Positions 19,959 to 30,317 are shown, numbered from the stretch's first letter. The stretch is DNA of 64,000 nt from an uncultured cyanobacterium (GCA_963703315.1 OY969811.1:1248001-1312000), one strand, 5' to 3'. A program made the numbers and translations. The notes: generated by a model not told the origin, from the sequence alone.

Positions 19959-21710
19959 ATGAGTGACAAGCTATATAGGTTACTTTTGATTGATAGCGAT
20001 CGCATTTTTCGGATGGGAATGCGATCGTGGTTAGCACAATTTTTGGATTTGGAAATAGTTTTTGAGGCAGATACGGCGGAAGATGCTTTAGTTTTTTTAG
20101 GCAGCGATCGCCGTGAAATTGATCTGGTAATTCTCGATTTCCAGTTAGGATTTACGAGTTCAGAGCAGTTATTAGAACAGTTAAAATCTCAATATCCTAA
20201 GTTACCAATTCTGTTGTTAAGTTCTCCCCAGAATCTCGAATTAGTCGCAACTACCTTGCGTAGTGGGGTGGAAGGTTTTTGTTTTAAGGGGGCTAATCCT
20301 GAAGAGTTAATCACAGCGATTCGTCAAGTTGCATCAGGAAATCGCTATATAGATCAGCAGTTGGATCAGTATCTAAGCGATCGCTACAGACTACAAGCAA
20401 AGCAAAATAAGTCTTTAGTCGATCAGCCTGTAAGTGTTGTGGCGATCGTGAGGCAAAACTTTTATGTGTCGGGACTGAAACGCATTGACAAAACACTCAA
20501 TGAGGTCAAGGCAAGTTTAAGGCATCCCAATAATCAAATTAGCGATCGCCTAGCCAAAATGGTGTTAGAGGGTCAGGCTCGTGAGTTACAAGCAGCGCGT
20601 TGGCTGATCGATCAACTTTGGGGAACGACAAAGCGCGTACAGGCTATTTCGCCAGAAAGTTCTGTCCCCAATATCGCCGAGGAAATCGCTAGTCCTGATG
20701 TCGAAATAAGCGATCGCGCTGATAGTAATTCCCATCAACAGGCAAATATCTTAGCGGTGCAAGCTAGTCTATGGGATCGGACAGTTGCCAAGCTGCAAGC
20801 AAATTTATCTAATTTGAGCAAAACGCCTTTAGAAATTGATATTTTAAAAGACGAGAAAAAACGTGAGCTTTTTTATATTGCTTTGCGACAAATAGAACAA
20901 AGTTTAACTGAATTGCGCTTTTCCCAAATTCAACCATCGCAGTTAGAAGAGAAAATCCCTGAGATTTTAAAAGATATTTGGCAGGAAACTGTAATTAGTT
21001 TTTTTGGGAAATATTATGTAATTAACAATATAAACAATAACGAATATGAGATTAATATCGTTGATACTTTACTCAAAGACGCAGAAATTGTTCAGACTGA
21101 ATTTTTAGACAAGATTCCTCAAATTGATAATTTCTTGTCACATCTATTGTTTGAAACAGAGTTAGTAATTGATAATTCAAAAGCTGCTGTGGGAACACCT
21201 GAAGCTATGCAGCGCGTGGAATTAATTTTAGACAATCTAATTATTCAAATTGCCAATGGGGTAATTCAGCCTCTTTTAAATAATTTTGCCAATATTGAAG
21301 AAATTAAACAAAAATTCTATCGCTATAATTTACTGGCTACTCGCGAAATCGAGCGATTTCGTAATGATTTATCTTGGAAATATCGTCTAGAAAAATATAT
21401 TACTGACCCCCAATTAATTTTTGAAAGTCGTCAGGTTTTATGGACTTTTGCTGACTTTGGCATTAAAAAAATTAGTATTTACTCACCCCGCAGTCAGGAG
21501 CTACAGCAACTAGAAGGGGTGCAGCTTGCAGTCACTCTCGCCCTAGAACTACAGGATGCGATCGCCCCTCGACTGCGATCGGCGATCACCTTTATTGGTA
21601 GTGGGTTTGTATACGTGCTAACCAATGTGATTGGACGTGGCATTGGTTTAATTGGTCGCGGTGTGGTGCAGGGTATTGGCAATGCTTGGCAGGACAGAAA
21701 AAGCAAGTAA
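19959..21710 (+). CDS. Receiver-domain + DUF3685 (Ycf55-like) protein
   Basis: N-terminal NarL-like REC; C-terminal TREIERFRNDLSW, LALELQDAIAPRL, VIGRGIGLIGRGVVQGIG. Confidence 0.85.
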   Translation: MSDKLYRLLLIDSDRIFRMGMRSWLAQFLDLEIVFEADTAEDALVFLGSDRREIDLVILDFQLGFTSSEQLLEQLKSQYPKLPILLLSSPQNLELVATTLRSGVEGFCFKGANPEELITAIRQVASGNRYIDQQLDQYLSDRYRLQAKQNKSLVDQPVSVVAIVRQNFYVSGLKRIDKTLNEVKASLRHPNNQISDRLAKMVLEGQARELQAARWLIDQLWGTTKRVQAISPESSVPNIAEEIASPDVEISDRADSNSHQQANILAVQASLWDRTVAKLQANLSNLSKTPLEIDILKDEKKRELFYIALRQIEQSLTELRFSQIQPSQLEEKIPEILKDIWQETVISFFGKYYVINNINNNEYEINIVDTLLKDAEIVQTEFLDKIPQIDNFLSHLLFETELVIDNSKAAVGTPEAMQRVELILDNLIIQIANGVIQPLLNNFANIEEIKQKFYRYNLLATREIERFRNDLSWKYRLEKYITDPQLIFESRQVLWTFADFGIKKISIYSPRSQELQQLEGVQLAVTLALELQDAIAPRLRSAITFIGSGFVYVLTNVIGRGIGLIGRGVVQGIGNAWQDRKSK

Positions 21711-21728
21711 CCGCGTGCGGTTACTTGC
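21703..21728. terminator. Short hairpin overlapping the stop codon
   Basis: gcaagtaaccgc-gt-gcggttacttgc. Confidence 0.55.
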
Positions 21729-21814
21729 CTAAATTTATCTACATGGATAGACCGATGCTATGGCTAACTGTGCGATGATAAATTGCACTATCTTGCCGTT
21801 AGGTTTTGTTGACT

Positions 21815-22516
21815 GTGAATACCGTTCGTACTGTTTCTGATACTAAAAAAGATTTTTATTTAGCCTTCCCGAAGCCAGTTAACCAAGTCTATCGACGGGT
21901 TGTCGATGAGCTTTTGGTGGAAGTACATTTATTAAAAGTCAATCAAACATTTGTTTATGACTCAATTTTTGCCTTAGGGTTTGTGACAACTTTTGATCGC
22001 TTTACAGTTGGTTATAAGCCTGAAACCGATCGCTTTGCGATTTTTCATGCTCTATGTTCAGCGCTTCAGTTTGACTCTGATCGGATTCGCCAAGATGCAA
22101 CTACTTTAAGTGATCTTGCTAAAAATGCACCGAGTCAGATTAAGCCTCTATTGACTACCTTAGATTCTGGAATTAGCCTCGAACCTCTGTCTGGTCAACT
22201 ACAGACGATCGCTAACAAAGAAAATTTTAAATATAGTCGTCTGTTAGGTGTCGGACTATACGCCTTACTAGAAATTAGCGAGTCTGATGCGATCGCTGAT
22301 AATGCTAAGCGGGAAGAAGTAATCAAGTTAGTGGGCGACAACCTCAAATTTGGTAGCGATCGCCTGTTAAAAGATATTGACCTATATCGCTCTAATCTTG
22401 ACAAGCTAGATCAAGCGCGTCAAATGATTGCCGATATGGTAGAAGCTGAGCGCAAAAAACGCAGTCAAAAGGAAGCCGCAGCAACTACTAGTGATAGTTC
22501 TGAAGCTAAGCCATAA
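21815..22516 (+). CDS. psb29: Photosystem II biogenesis protein Psb29/THF1
   Basis: RTVSDTKKDF..YRRVVDELLVEVHLL..FALGFVT..FKYSRL..KDIDLYRSNLDK; GTG start at 21815. Confidence 0.92.
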   Translation: MNTVRTVSDTKKDFYLAFPKPVNQVYRRVVDELLVEVHLLKVNQTFVYDSIFALGFVTTFDRFTVGYKPETDRFAIFHALCSALQFDSDRIRQDATTLSDLAKNAPSQIKPLLTTLDSGISLEPLSGQLQTIANKENFKYSRLLGVGLYALLEISESDAIADNAKREEVIKLVGDNLKFGSDRLLKDIDLYRSNLDKLDQARQMIADMVEAERKKRSQKEAAATTSDSSEAKP

Positions 22517-22554
22517 AAGAAAGCTACCGCGCCAAGCGCGGTAGCTTTCTTTTA
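22514..22554. terminator. Perfect palindrome spanning stop to stop of psb29 and the GH94 gene; likely bidirectional terminator
   Basis: taaaagaaagctaccgcgc-caa-gcgcggtagctttctttta. Confidence 0.8.
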
Positions 22555-24960
22555 CAGACTTACCGCGATCGCAATCTCTTCAGCTTCATATTTAGCCAGA
22601 TCGATCAACTTCCCTTCTACAACCTCACCATTAACTAGCATCTGATTGACATCGCTATGATTAGTTACGGTTAGAGAAAGAACCTTACCGCGAAACTTAC
22701 GCTGAGCCGTAAAGCCAGACCATTCCGCAGGGATTTTTGGATCGATAATCATTCCCTCAAAGGTGGGTTGGAATCCTAAAATATAATCGATACCAATGCG
22801 TAGCATCCACACCGCCGTACCCGTCAACCATGAATGGCTAGCTTGTCCTTGAGTTTCATGATCAGGACTGGTGACGTACTCAGGATAGACATAGGGTTCG
22901 GTTTCAAAGCGATCGCACTTATTATCAGTTGCCTGTGACGAATTAATCGGCATCATGCGGCGATAGATTTCCCATGCAAATTCTGTGTCACCATTGAGAA
23001 TGGAGGCAAGTACAAACCAAGAAGAAGCATGATTAAATACTGCACCATTTTCTTTCTTTCCGGGAACGCAACGACTAATCAAACCAACCGTATCGTCAAT
23101 CTCGGTGAATGATGGCGCGACAATCTGCATTCCAAAAGGTGTCGCTAGATATTCGCGACTGCTTGCCATTGCCTTATCAGCGCGTTCTTTTGGCGCAAGT
23201 TCCGAAATCACCGCCCATGATTGCGCGTTCAAAAAGATTTTGCCCTGACTTGCTGAAGATACGCCAATCGGTTCGCCATTGTCACGGAAGGCGCGTAAAT
23301 ACCAGTTACCATCCCAACAGATATCATTAGTTACTTGACGTAGATGCTCATAGAATTTTTGGAATCTATCGAGAGCTTTGCGATCGCCTTGATGTTCACA
23401 GACAGGTAATGATTTATTCAACACATAACCCAAGAAGAAAGCTCCCCAAGTAGTTTCGCCCTTGCCCTGTGAGCCAACATGGTCAAGCGTGTCATTCCAA
23501 TCTCCTGTAAAGATACGAGGCATTCCGCGCTCACCTGTATTGGCGATCGCAAAATCCAGCGCCCTCACCAAATGCTCATAGACTGTGCCTTCAGTCTCGT
23601 CATGGTAAGGAACCACCTCTTCTAAAATCGAGAAATCACCAGTTTCTTTGAGATATTCGACAATGCCAAAGGGAATCCAAAGCGGTGTATCAGAATGGTT
23701 AGTACGCTCACCTGTATTGGTCAGCACAAAATAATTATGTAAAGTCGAACCATCCTTAAATTGGAAGTTGAGCGCCTTAATCAATCGCTCTCGCACTCGC
23801 ACAGGATCGACCATCACCACGCCGAGAATATCTTGGAAGCGATCGCGCATCCCCGTCCCAAACAACAAACCACCGTGATAATAGCCCGAATTTCGCGCCA
23901 TATCGAAGGTGACAGCCGCCTGATACTGATTCCAGACATTGATCATGGCATTGAAAGCTGCATCTGGTGTTTGCACCTGCACACAGGACAAATGCTGATC
24001 CCATTTTTGTTTGAGTTGAAGGAATTGGCGATCAAGACCCTCACCCCCAGCCCCTCTCCCATTGAGGGAGAGGGGAGTAAGAGAAGGCTTTTCATTTTTC
24101 GGCGCAATTTCTAAAACCACCGCAAAATCAACAGAACTATTCGCCTCTAGACTAATCTTCGATTGCAAAGCTACCACAGGATCACCTGCCGTAATCTCTG
24201 TATTTCGCATCACCCCCGTCTCCACTGCCACAGGATTCGCTTCCGATCGCCATCTACCAATGAAAGTATCGAGACTGCTATCGAAACCAGCGATCGGTAA
24301 ACTCTGCGAGAAATAAATTTGATACTTCCAATCAATATTCGGCTGCTTCACAGAAACACCCTTATTCAGCACCCAATAGCGGCGGGTGGCTACCAAGGCT
24401 TGCAAATCTTGATCAAAATGAATATCCGTGAAATGTTTGTCATTCGGTTGATTGATCTGGTCATTTAACGCATTCCCCATCAACAATTCCAAGAAAGAAT
24501 AAACTTCTAAATCTCGCGTCTGTCCTGAGAGTTCCGTTAACTTCACGCGCCAAATCTCAGCATTAGTATCGGTCGGGACAAAGTAAGTAACTTCGCCACG
24601 AATGCCATTGATTTCAGTCGTAATTTTCGTGTAGCCTTGACCATGCCGACATTCATAGAAATCATAGTTTAAATCAATCGTGGGAGCCCAACTCAATGAC
24701 CAATATTTCCCCGTTGCCGTATCTTTGACCATCACATAGCGCCCTGGACGATCCCAAGGGAGGCAGTTATAGCGCATTCGACTGATGCGGTTATCGCGTG
24801 GCGATTCCAAGAAGCTAAAGCCGCCACCTGTATGGGAAATTAGCCCAGCGTACTGGCTATTCCACATATAGTTAAACCAAGGGCGCGGGGTGCGCGGATC
24901 TGTAATCACAAATTCCCGATAATCTTCGGTGTAATAGCCATATTGGTTTGCGATCGCCAC
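22552..24960 (-). CDS. GH94 glycoside phosphorylase (cellobiose/chitobiose phosphorylase-like)
   Basis: EFVITDPRTPRPWFN, GMRDRFQD, GDWND, GKKENGAVFNH, SWLTGTA. Confidence 0.9.
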   Translation of the reverse strand: MAIANQYGYYTEDYREFVITDPRTPRPWFNYMWNSQYAGLISHTGGGFSFLESPRDNRISRMRYNCLPWDRPGRYVMVKDTATGKYWSLSWAPTIDLNYDFYECRHGQGYTKITTEINGIRGEVTYFVPTDTNAEIWRVKLTELSGQTRDLEVYSFLELLMGNALNDQINQPNDKHFTDIHFDQDLQALVATRRYWVLNKGVSVKQPNIDWKYQIYFSQSLPIAGFDSSLDTFIGRWRSEANPVAVETGVMRNTEITAGDPVVALQSKISLEANSSVDFAVVLEIAPKNEKPSLTPLSLNGRGAGGEGLDRQFLQLKQKWDQHLSCVQVQTPDAAFNAMINVWNQYQAAVTFDMARNSGYYHGGLLFGTGMRDRFQDILGVVMVDPVRVRERLIKALNFQFKDGSTLHNYFVLTNTGERTNHSDTPLWIPFGIVEYLKETGDFSILEEVVPYHDETEGTVYEHLVRALDFAIANTGERGMPRIFTGDWNDTLDHVGSQGKGETTWGAFFLGYVLNKSLPVCEHQGDRKALDRFQKFYEHLRQVTNDICWDGNWYLRAFRDNGEPIGVSSASQGKIFLNAQSWAVISELAPKERADKAMASSREYLATPFGMQIVAPSFTEIDDTVGLISRCVPGKKENGAVFNHASSWFVLASILNGDTEFAWEIYRRMMPINSSQATDNKCDRFETEPYVYPEYVTSPDHETQGQASHSWLTGTAVWMLRIGIDYILGFQPTFEGMIIDPKIPAEWSGFTAQRKFRGKVLSLTVTNHSDVNQMLVNGEVVEGKLIDLAKYEAEEIAIAVSL
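24038..24075. repeat. GC-rich dispersed repeat inserted in frame in the GH94 gene
   Basis: ccctcacccccagcccctctcccattgagggagagggg, encoding PLSLNGRGAGGEG on the minus strand. Confidence 0.75.
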
Positions 24961-25100
24961 AGTTTAAAATATCCCTTATTTGTATAATAATTAGGATCTT
25001 CGCGGCTAAGCCACAAAAAATCTTAACTAGATTGCGACATAGATTATCTCAACTTTTTCTGCTCTTTTTTGGCTCTTTCAAAACTGCTTCACCTAAAACT

Positions 25101-25664
25101 ATGGCAAATGCAATTATTTCTAGATTGGGAATTGGGTTCACTTCACTAGGTGTAGTACTTAGCGCGGTTTTTCTCAATCCACAGTCTGCCCATCCTCAGC
25201 TTCAGACCTCTACACCAATTGTTCAGACCTTTAGCCATACCCTTCTTGCAAAAGCTCCTGTCCCTAAGCGACTTACAATTAATCAAACTCACATCTTTCA
25301 AGGGGAAATCAATAGAAAGGGGCTAGCAGTCGGTTATCATCATCGACCTAATGGAAAGGATGCCAATAATGCGAGATTGAGTAAACTTACTGGCTTACCC
25401 AATACTCAAGGTGTGTATATCGGTCGTGTCGAAATCCGTAATCCTGCTAATGGTCAATGGGTGAGCAAATTGTCTAGTTCTACTTTTTTCCCCGATCGCT
25501 GGTCACAGGCTCAAGTTTTGACAGAAATTCAAGGTGCTTTTGCCTCGGCAAATAAAAATCAAGAGCCTTGGCAAGGTACTTCACCAAGTGGACTAAAAAT
25601 TCAGGGTTATTATAATAAAGCCACCAATACAATTACCACTGCTTATCCAATTTATCGCCGATGA
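25101..25664 (+). CDS. Signal-peptide-bearing bacterial EndoU-domain nuclease (putative toxin)
   Basis: THIFQGEIN..GYHH, K..STFFPDRW, WQGTSPSGLKIQGY..TTAYP; hydrophobic N-terminus from ATG 25101. Confidence 0.8.
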   Translation: MANAIISRLGIGFTSLGVVLSAVFLNPQSAHPQLQTSTPIVQTFSHTLLAKAPVPKRLTINQTHIFQGEINRKGLAVGYHHRPNGKDANNARLSKLTGLPNTQGVYIGRVEIRNPANGQWVSKLSSSTFFPDRWSQAQVLTEIQGAFASANKNQEPWQGTSPSGLKIQGYYNKATNTITTAYPIYRR

Positions 25665-25990
25665 TTAACATCAAATTTTATGAAGACAATGAAGGTTATT
25701 TTAAGGCTGACACTGATGGGCAGTATCGATTGCTAGGTCAATACTTGGAGACAGAAGTTCAAGGTGTCGCTGAGATATGTCAAGACCTTTTAGAAACTAT
25801 TAAAGAGATTGAATCAGGCGATAGATCTCAACTAGAGGGTGTCGGTAATGCTTATGGTCTCAAAATCACATCGCAAGGAGTGACTATCTGGAATGAGTTT
25901 ACAGAAATTGAACAAATTTTAGACCTCTCTCTCTCTGACTTTCAGCAAGCTTTAGAAAACTGCTTGATCTTTTTACAAACGATGAGTTGA
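25661..25990 (+). CDS. Small acidic protein, YacL-like; candidate immunity protein
   Basis: ATGA overlap with the EndoU stop; strongly acidic; LGQYLETEVQ..GNAYGL..LSDFQQALE. Confidence 0.6.
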   Translation: MINIKFYEDNEGYFKADTDGQYRLLGQYLETEVQGVAEICQDLLETIKEIESGDRSQLEGVGNAYGLKITSQGVTIWNEFTEIEQILDLSLSDFQQALENCLIFLQTMS

Positions 25991-25995
25991 TAATT

Positions 25996-26406
25996 ATGGG
26001 AACTTGGGCTGTTGATTCCTTTGGAAATGATGATGCTTGTGACTGGAGCTATGCACTTGAAAAAGTTAATGACCTTTCGCCAGTTGAAGATGCTCTAAAT
26101 GCAGTGATTAATGCTGGTGAAGAAGGTGTTGAATCCTCTGAAGCGGCTGAGGCGATCGCAGCGATAGAAGTTATTGCTCGCTTACAAGGTAATTGGGGTA
26201 ACCGTAGTGCTTATTCCGAGAGAGTTGACGATTGGGTTGAAACCAATAAAATTCAGCCATCAACCTCTTTGGCACAGAAAGCTTATATAGTAATTGAGCG
26301 TATTCTTGCCGAAAATTCTGAATTAAAAGAATTATGGCAAGAAAGTGAAGACTATAAAGCTTGGTTAGACTCTGTTGCTGACCTCAAGAATCGCATTAAT
26401 TTATGA
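25996..26406 (+). CDS. DUF4259-family acidic protein; candidate immunity protein
   Basis: MGTWAVDSFGNDDACDW ... SELKELWQE motif. Confidence 0.75.
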   Translation: MGTWAVDSFGNDDACDWSYALEKVNDLSPVEDALNAVINAGEEGVESSEAAEAIAAIEVIARLQGNWGNRSAYSERVDDWVETNKIQPSTSLAQKAYIVIERILAENSELKELWQESEDYKAWLDSVADLKNRINL

Positions 26407-26494
26407 CATTATCCTGCCAAAGTATATATTGAGATACTCACAAAAAGCTTTATCCTAGAATGTCGCCTTAGCCCCCATAGCCTTTTTTGTGTGA

Positions 26495-27625
26495 ATGTAT
26501 CTCAAATCCCTCCACATCAAGCAGTTCCGCAACTATATCGATCAGGAAGTTAACTTTACTGCACCCAAAACGGTAATCGTTGGTAACAACGCTCAAGGTA
26601 AATCTAACTTGCTGGAAGCCGTTTTATTGTTGGCAACGCTGCGATCGCATCGAGTTAGTAAAGATCGTGACTTAGTGCGAAATGGTGAGGCGATTGGTGA
26701 AATTACCGCTATCTGCCAGCGATCGCGATCGCCTGAAAGCTATCCTGTGGAATTAGGAATGCGAATGCGCTCTAGTGGTAAGCGCACTTTAACTGTAAAT
26801 GGCGTGAATCAGGCTAGACATTTAGATTTTTTGGGAAATCTGAATGCGGTCATGTTTTCTAGTTTAGATTTAGATTTGGTGCGCGGTAGTCCTGAAAGTC
26901 GCCGCAATTGGTTGGATACAGTGTTAATTCAATTAGAGCCGATTTATATCAATCTATTGCAGCAATACAACCAAGTTTTGCGACAACGGAACGCTCTACT
27001 CAAATCAATTAAGCAAGGACAAATCCAGTACGAGCCTCAACAAATGGCACTCTGGGATGCTCAATTAGTGACAGCAGGGACAAGATTAATTAGAAGGCGA
27101 TCGCGTTTATTAGAACGATTAACCCCGATCGCAAGGCATTGGCATCAAGCAATTAGTGGTGGTAGTGAACATTTAGAAATTACTTATGTTCCGAAGTTTG
27201 CTTTTACACCAACTGACACAGTTGAAAATATTCAGCAAGCTTTTTTTGAGGCAATTTTACAGAAAACAATTATTGAACAACATCAGGGTACAAGTTTAGT
27301 CGGCCCCCATCGTGATGAAGTCTCTCTCACGATTAATGCTACTCCTGCAAGGGAGTATGGCTCTCAAGGGCAACAACGTACGTTAGTATTAGCCCTAAAA
27401 CTTGCCGAGTTAGAATTGCTAGAATCAGTAATTGGAGAACCACCATTGTTGTTATTAGATGATGTACTCGCTGAACTTGATTTACAAAGACAGGATCATC
27501 TGTTAAATGCGATCGGCGATCGCGTCCAAACAATTATTACGACAACCCATCTTGGCTCGTTTGATGCTCAATGGTTAAACTCTGCCCGAATTTTTCAAGT
27601 AGAAGGCGGTAAAATTTCATTTTAA
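26495..27625 (+). CDS. recF: DNA replication/repair protein RecF
   Basis: FRNY, GNNAQGKSN, GPHRD, YGSQGQQR, LLLDDVLAELD. Confidence 0.97.
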   Translation: MYLKSLHIKQFRNYIDQEVNFTAPKTVIVGNNAQGKSNLLEAVLLLATLRSHRVSKDRDLVRNGEAIGEITAICQRSRSPESYPVELGMRMRSSGKRTLTVNGVNQARHLDFLGNLNAVMFSSLDLDLVRGSPESRRNWLDTVLIQLEPIYINLLQQYNQVLRQRNALLKSIKQGQIQYEPQQMALWDAQLVTAGTRLIRRRSRLLERLTPIARHWHQAISGGSEHLEITYVPKFAFTPTDTVENIQQAFFEAILQKTIIEQHQGTSLVGPHRDEVSLTINATPAREYGSQGQQRTLVLALKLAELELLESVIGEPPLLLLDDVLAELDLQRQDHLLNAIGDRVQTIITTTHLGSFDAQWLNSARIFQVEGGKISF

Positions 27626-27671
27626 ACAATAAAAAACAAGCTTGCTTAGCAAGCTTGTTTTTTATTGTTTA
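27623..27671. terminator. Perfect palindrome spanning stop to stop of recF and cyAbrB; likely bidirectional terminator
   Basis: taaacaataaaaaacaagcttgc-tta-gcaagcttgttttttattgttta. Confidence 0.8.
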
Positions 27672-28049
27672 TTCGTCGTCGTCTGCACCAACTTGACGCA
27701 GATGAATATGTTTGCGTCCGAGGCGAATTTCTAATTCATCACCAGCCTGTAGACCCATCAGTTGTGTGTAAGCAGAGCCAATTAGTAGGTTGCCATTTTT
27801 TTGGACACTAACGCGATAACTCGCACTGCGTCCGCCTTTGCCACTACCTTTTGCTTCAAGCTCAACCCCATCAGCTTCCATCAAAGCATTGTAAAACTTC
27901 ATCAAGTTAACACGAGCTTGATTGTTTTTGGTAATGGTTGCGTATCCACAAGCTTTAGCTTTTTCTTCTTTCGACAGATGCTCTAGTTCTTTGACTTTCT
28001 GTAATAATGCTTCACCAGAGAGTTGGACAGGTTGTTTGATTTTTGCCAT
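27669..28049 (-). CDS. Cyanobacterial AbrB-family transcriptional regulator (cyAbrB)
   Basis: LLQKVKEL..AKACGY..GRSASYRVSVQKNGNLLIGSAYT..LGRKHIHL. Confidence 0.92.
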   Translation of the reverse strand: MAKIKQPVQLSGEALLQKVKELEHLSKEEKAKACGYATITKNNQARVNLMKFYNALMEADGVELEAKGSGKGGRSASYRVSVQKNGNLLIGSAYTQLMGLQAGDELEIRLGRKHIHLRQVGADDDE

Positions 28050-28625
28050 AGGTTTCTAACAGTTTTGTATCTAATAATTGTATTTTAGTATCTAAGATAA
28101 ATGTACTATTCGTCAAATTTTTTAGCTAAATCTATAAGCTATTTATTTTTATAGATCACTACCATCAATTTCTAATTATTGAAAGAAATCAATAGTCAAG
28201 TATTATTCTGTTAAATCATCTAGTTCAAATACTTTAAGCCTATAATTTCTTAGGAAATCTATATAAAAATCAAGTATATTGCTAGCAATTTCATCCAAAT
28301 ATAAAATTATGTCGAGATAAGTAATTCCCCTTAGAAAAACATTGTTTTATGATAGTCATTGCTGTGTCTTTACTTCTCAGAGCTTGAGTACAAGAGCTTA
28401 CCTGCAAAGACAGTTGCTGAAACAATTCTCAGGATTACCAACCAAATTTGATGAAGACGTAAAACCCAAATAAATGGTAGAGGCGCTATTTATTTGGGTT
28501 TTGATTAGTCCCAACTCACTCAAGCATTGCGATATTCGTGTTATCAGCTACAGTCGCAATGTCATCTATAGCTCACAATAGTTGCAATAGTCTATGAGTA
28601 GCGATCGCTTTCGCCCAAATAAGCA

Positions 28626-30317
28626 ATGAAACCCCGCATTATTATCTGTGGTTTAGATCGAACGGGTTACAAAATTTTAAGTCTGCTCAAACAGCAAGGC
28701 TGTCTTGTGGTGGGTATTCACGATCGCCCGATCCATCAAGCTGATGCGGAAATTATTATTGGCGATTTGGCGGCGGCAGAAACTCTATTAGCTGCTGGAA
28801 TTCGCGATGCTCAAACCTTGATTTTGGCAGGGGCTGATGAGACTCGCAATCTCACAATTTTAATGCAAGCACGGGTTCTTAATCCGAGTGTGAGAATTAT
28901 TAATCGTTTGTTTAATTCTAGTTTGGGAATACGCCTAGATTTAACTTTACCCAATCATCTGACTATGAGTGTGGCGGCTCTGGCTGCGCCTGTATTTGCT
29001 TTTAGTGCGATGGGTAGCCAAGCGATCGGGCAGTTGAGACTCTTTAATCAGACTTGGCCAATTCACGAAGAATACATTGATGAGCGCCATCCTTGGTTTG
29101 GAAAACCCCTATCGGACTTTTGGGAAGATCGCACGAGGATGTTGATCTATTACCTACCCTACGACGAGAGCAAAGTTGATCTGGTGAGTGCGGTACTAAG
29201 TGGTCGGACATTGCAAATCGGCGATCGCCTATTACTAGGTACACAGCCCAGTGTGAGAACGGCATCACGCCCGATCTTACAAAAAATATCCAAGCTATTG
29301 ATGAGCTTTCGCCACTTTCATGAGCATGGCAAAGCGGTGTTATTTACCGCGATCACGTTACTCTTAACGATTTTTTCGGCAACTGTGGTCTATACCAGCT
29401 TTCAGATGAAAGTTTCCTTAGTAGATGCGCTCTATTTCTCCGTGGGAATGATTACAGGGGCGGGGGGGAATGAAGGCGTAGTCGAATCTTCACCTGACAG
29501 CATCAAGGTTTTTACAATTATCATGATGTTGATTGGAACTGCGGTAATCGGCATTTTCTACGCGATTTTAAATGATTTTATTCTCGGCTCGCGGCTAAGA
29601 AACTTCTGGGATGCAGCGCGAGTGCCACAACGCAATCATATTGTGATTTGTGGTTTGGGAAGTGTTGGTGTCCAGACTGCACTGCAACTAGTCAGCTATG
29701 GTTACGAAGTTCTTGTCATTGAACGTGACTTAAATAATCGTTTTTTAGATACGGTGCGATCGCAAAATATTCCTGTCATTCATGGTGATGCGAGTTTGCC
29801 TACCACACTCAAAGCGGCAAATCTTGATAAAGCCGAAAGTTTACTCGCTGTCACCAGTAACGATACAGCCAATCTCGAAATTGCCCTGAATGCCAAGGGA
29901 ATCGCGCCCCGTTGTCGGGTAGTCGTGCGTTATGACGATCCTTACTATGCAAGCATGGCACAGGAAGTATTTGATTTTGAAGCAGTTCTCAGTCCTCCTG
30001 AAATTGCGGCTCCAGCCTTTGCTTCTTCGGCTCTCGGTGGGCGCATTCTTGGCAATGGTATCGTCGCTGATAGTCTCTGGGTAGCGATCGCCACCATGAT
30101 TACGCCTAATCATCCATTTTGTGGAAAACCTGTCTGTGAAGCCTCGATGACTGCGGATTTTGTGCCTCTTTATATTGAAACCGCCTGTCAAACTATTCAT
30201 GGATGGAGCTTGCTAGAAGCTTCTCTCAGTGCAGGAGATATCCTCTATTTGACGATGCCAGCAGCTAAATTAGAACAACTCTGGCGAGTCGCGCCTTTTC
30301 AAGTAGCAGTTGGCTAA
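28626..30317 (+). CDS. Potassium channel-like protein with TrkA-N (RCK) domains
   Basis: IIICGL, DALYFSVGMITGAGG pore-like segment, HIVICGLGSVG, VIHGDA. Confidence 0.85.
   Translation: MKPRIIICGLDRTGYKILSLLKQQGCLVVGIHDRPIHQADAEIIIGDLAAAETLLAAGIRDAQTLILAGADETRNLTILMQARVLNPSVRIINRLFNSSLGIRLDLTLPNHLTMSVAALAAPVFAFSAMGSQAIGQLRLFNQTWPIHEEYIDERHPWFGKPLSDFWEDRTRMLIYYLPYDESKVDLVSAVLSGRTLQIGDRLLLGTQPSVRTASRPILQKISKLLMSFRHFHEHGKAVLFTAITLLLTIFSATVVYTSFQMKVSLVDALYFSVGMITGAGGNEGVVESSPDSIKVFTIIMMLIGTAVIGIFYAILNDFILGSRLRNFWDAARVPQRNHIVICGLGSVGVQTALQLVSYGYEVLVIERDLNNRFLDTVRSQNIPVIHGDASLPTTLKAANLDKAESLLAVTSNDTANLEIALNAKGIAPRCRVVVRYDDPYYASMAQEVFDFEAVLSPPEIAAPAFASSALGGRILGNGIVADSLWVAIATMITPNHPFCGKPVCEASMTADFVPLYIETACQTIHGWSLLEASLSAGDILYLTMPAAKLEQLWRVAPFQVAVG

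Noticed and set aside
24948..25100. N-terminal extensions of the ORF-track calls for EndoU, ahcY, radA and the ycf55-like gene
   Set aside because: The extensions run through promoter or repeat DNA; downstream ATGs fit the family starts or the signal peptide
28050..28460. Long AT-rich region upstream of cyAbrB as an ncRNA or riboswitch
   Set aside because: Only weak stems (tgtcttt..aaagaca) and no recognisable motif; most likely promoter DNA
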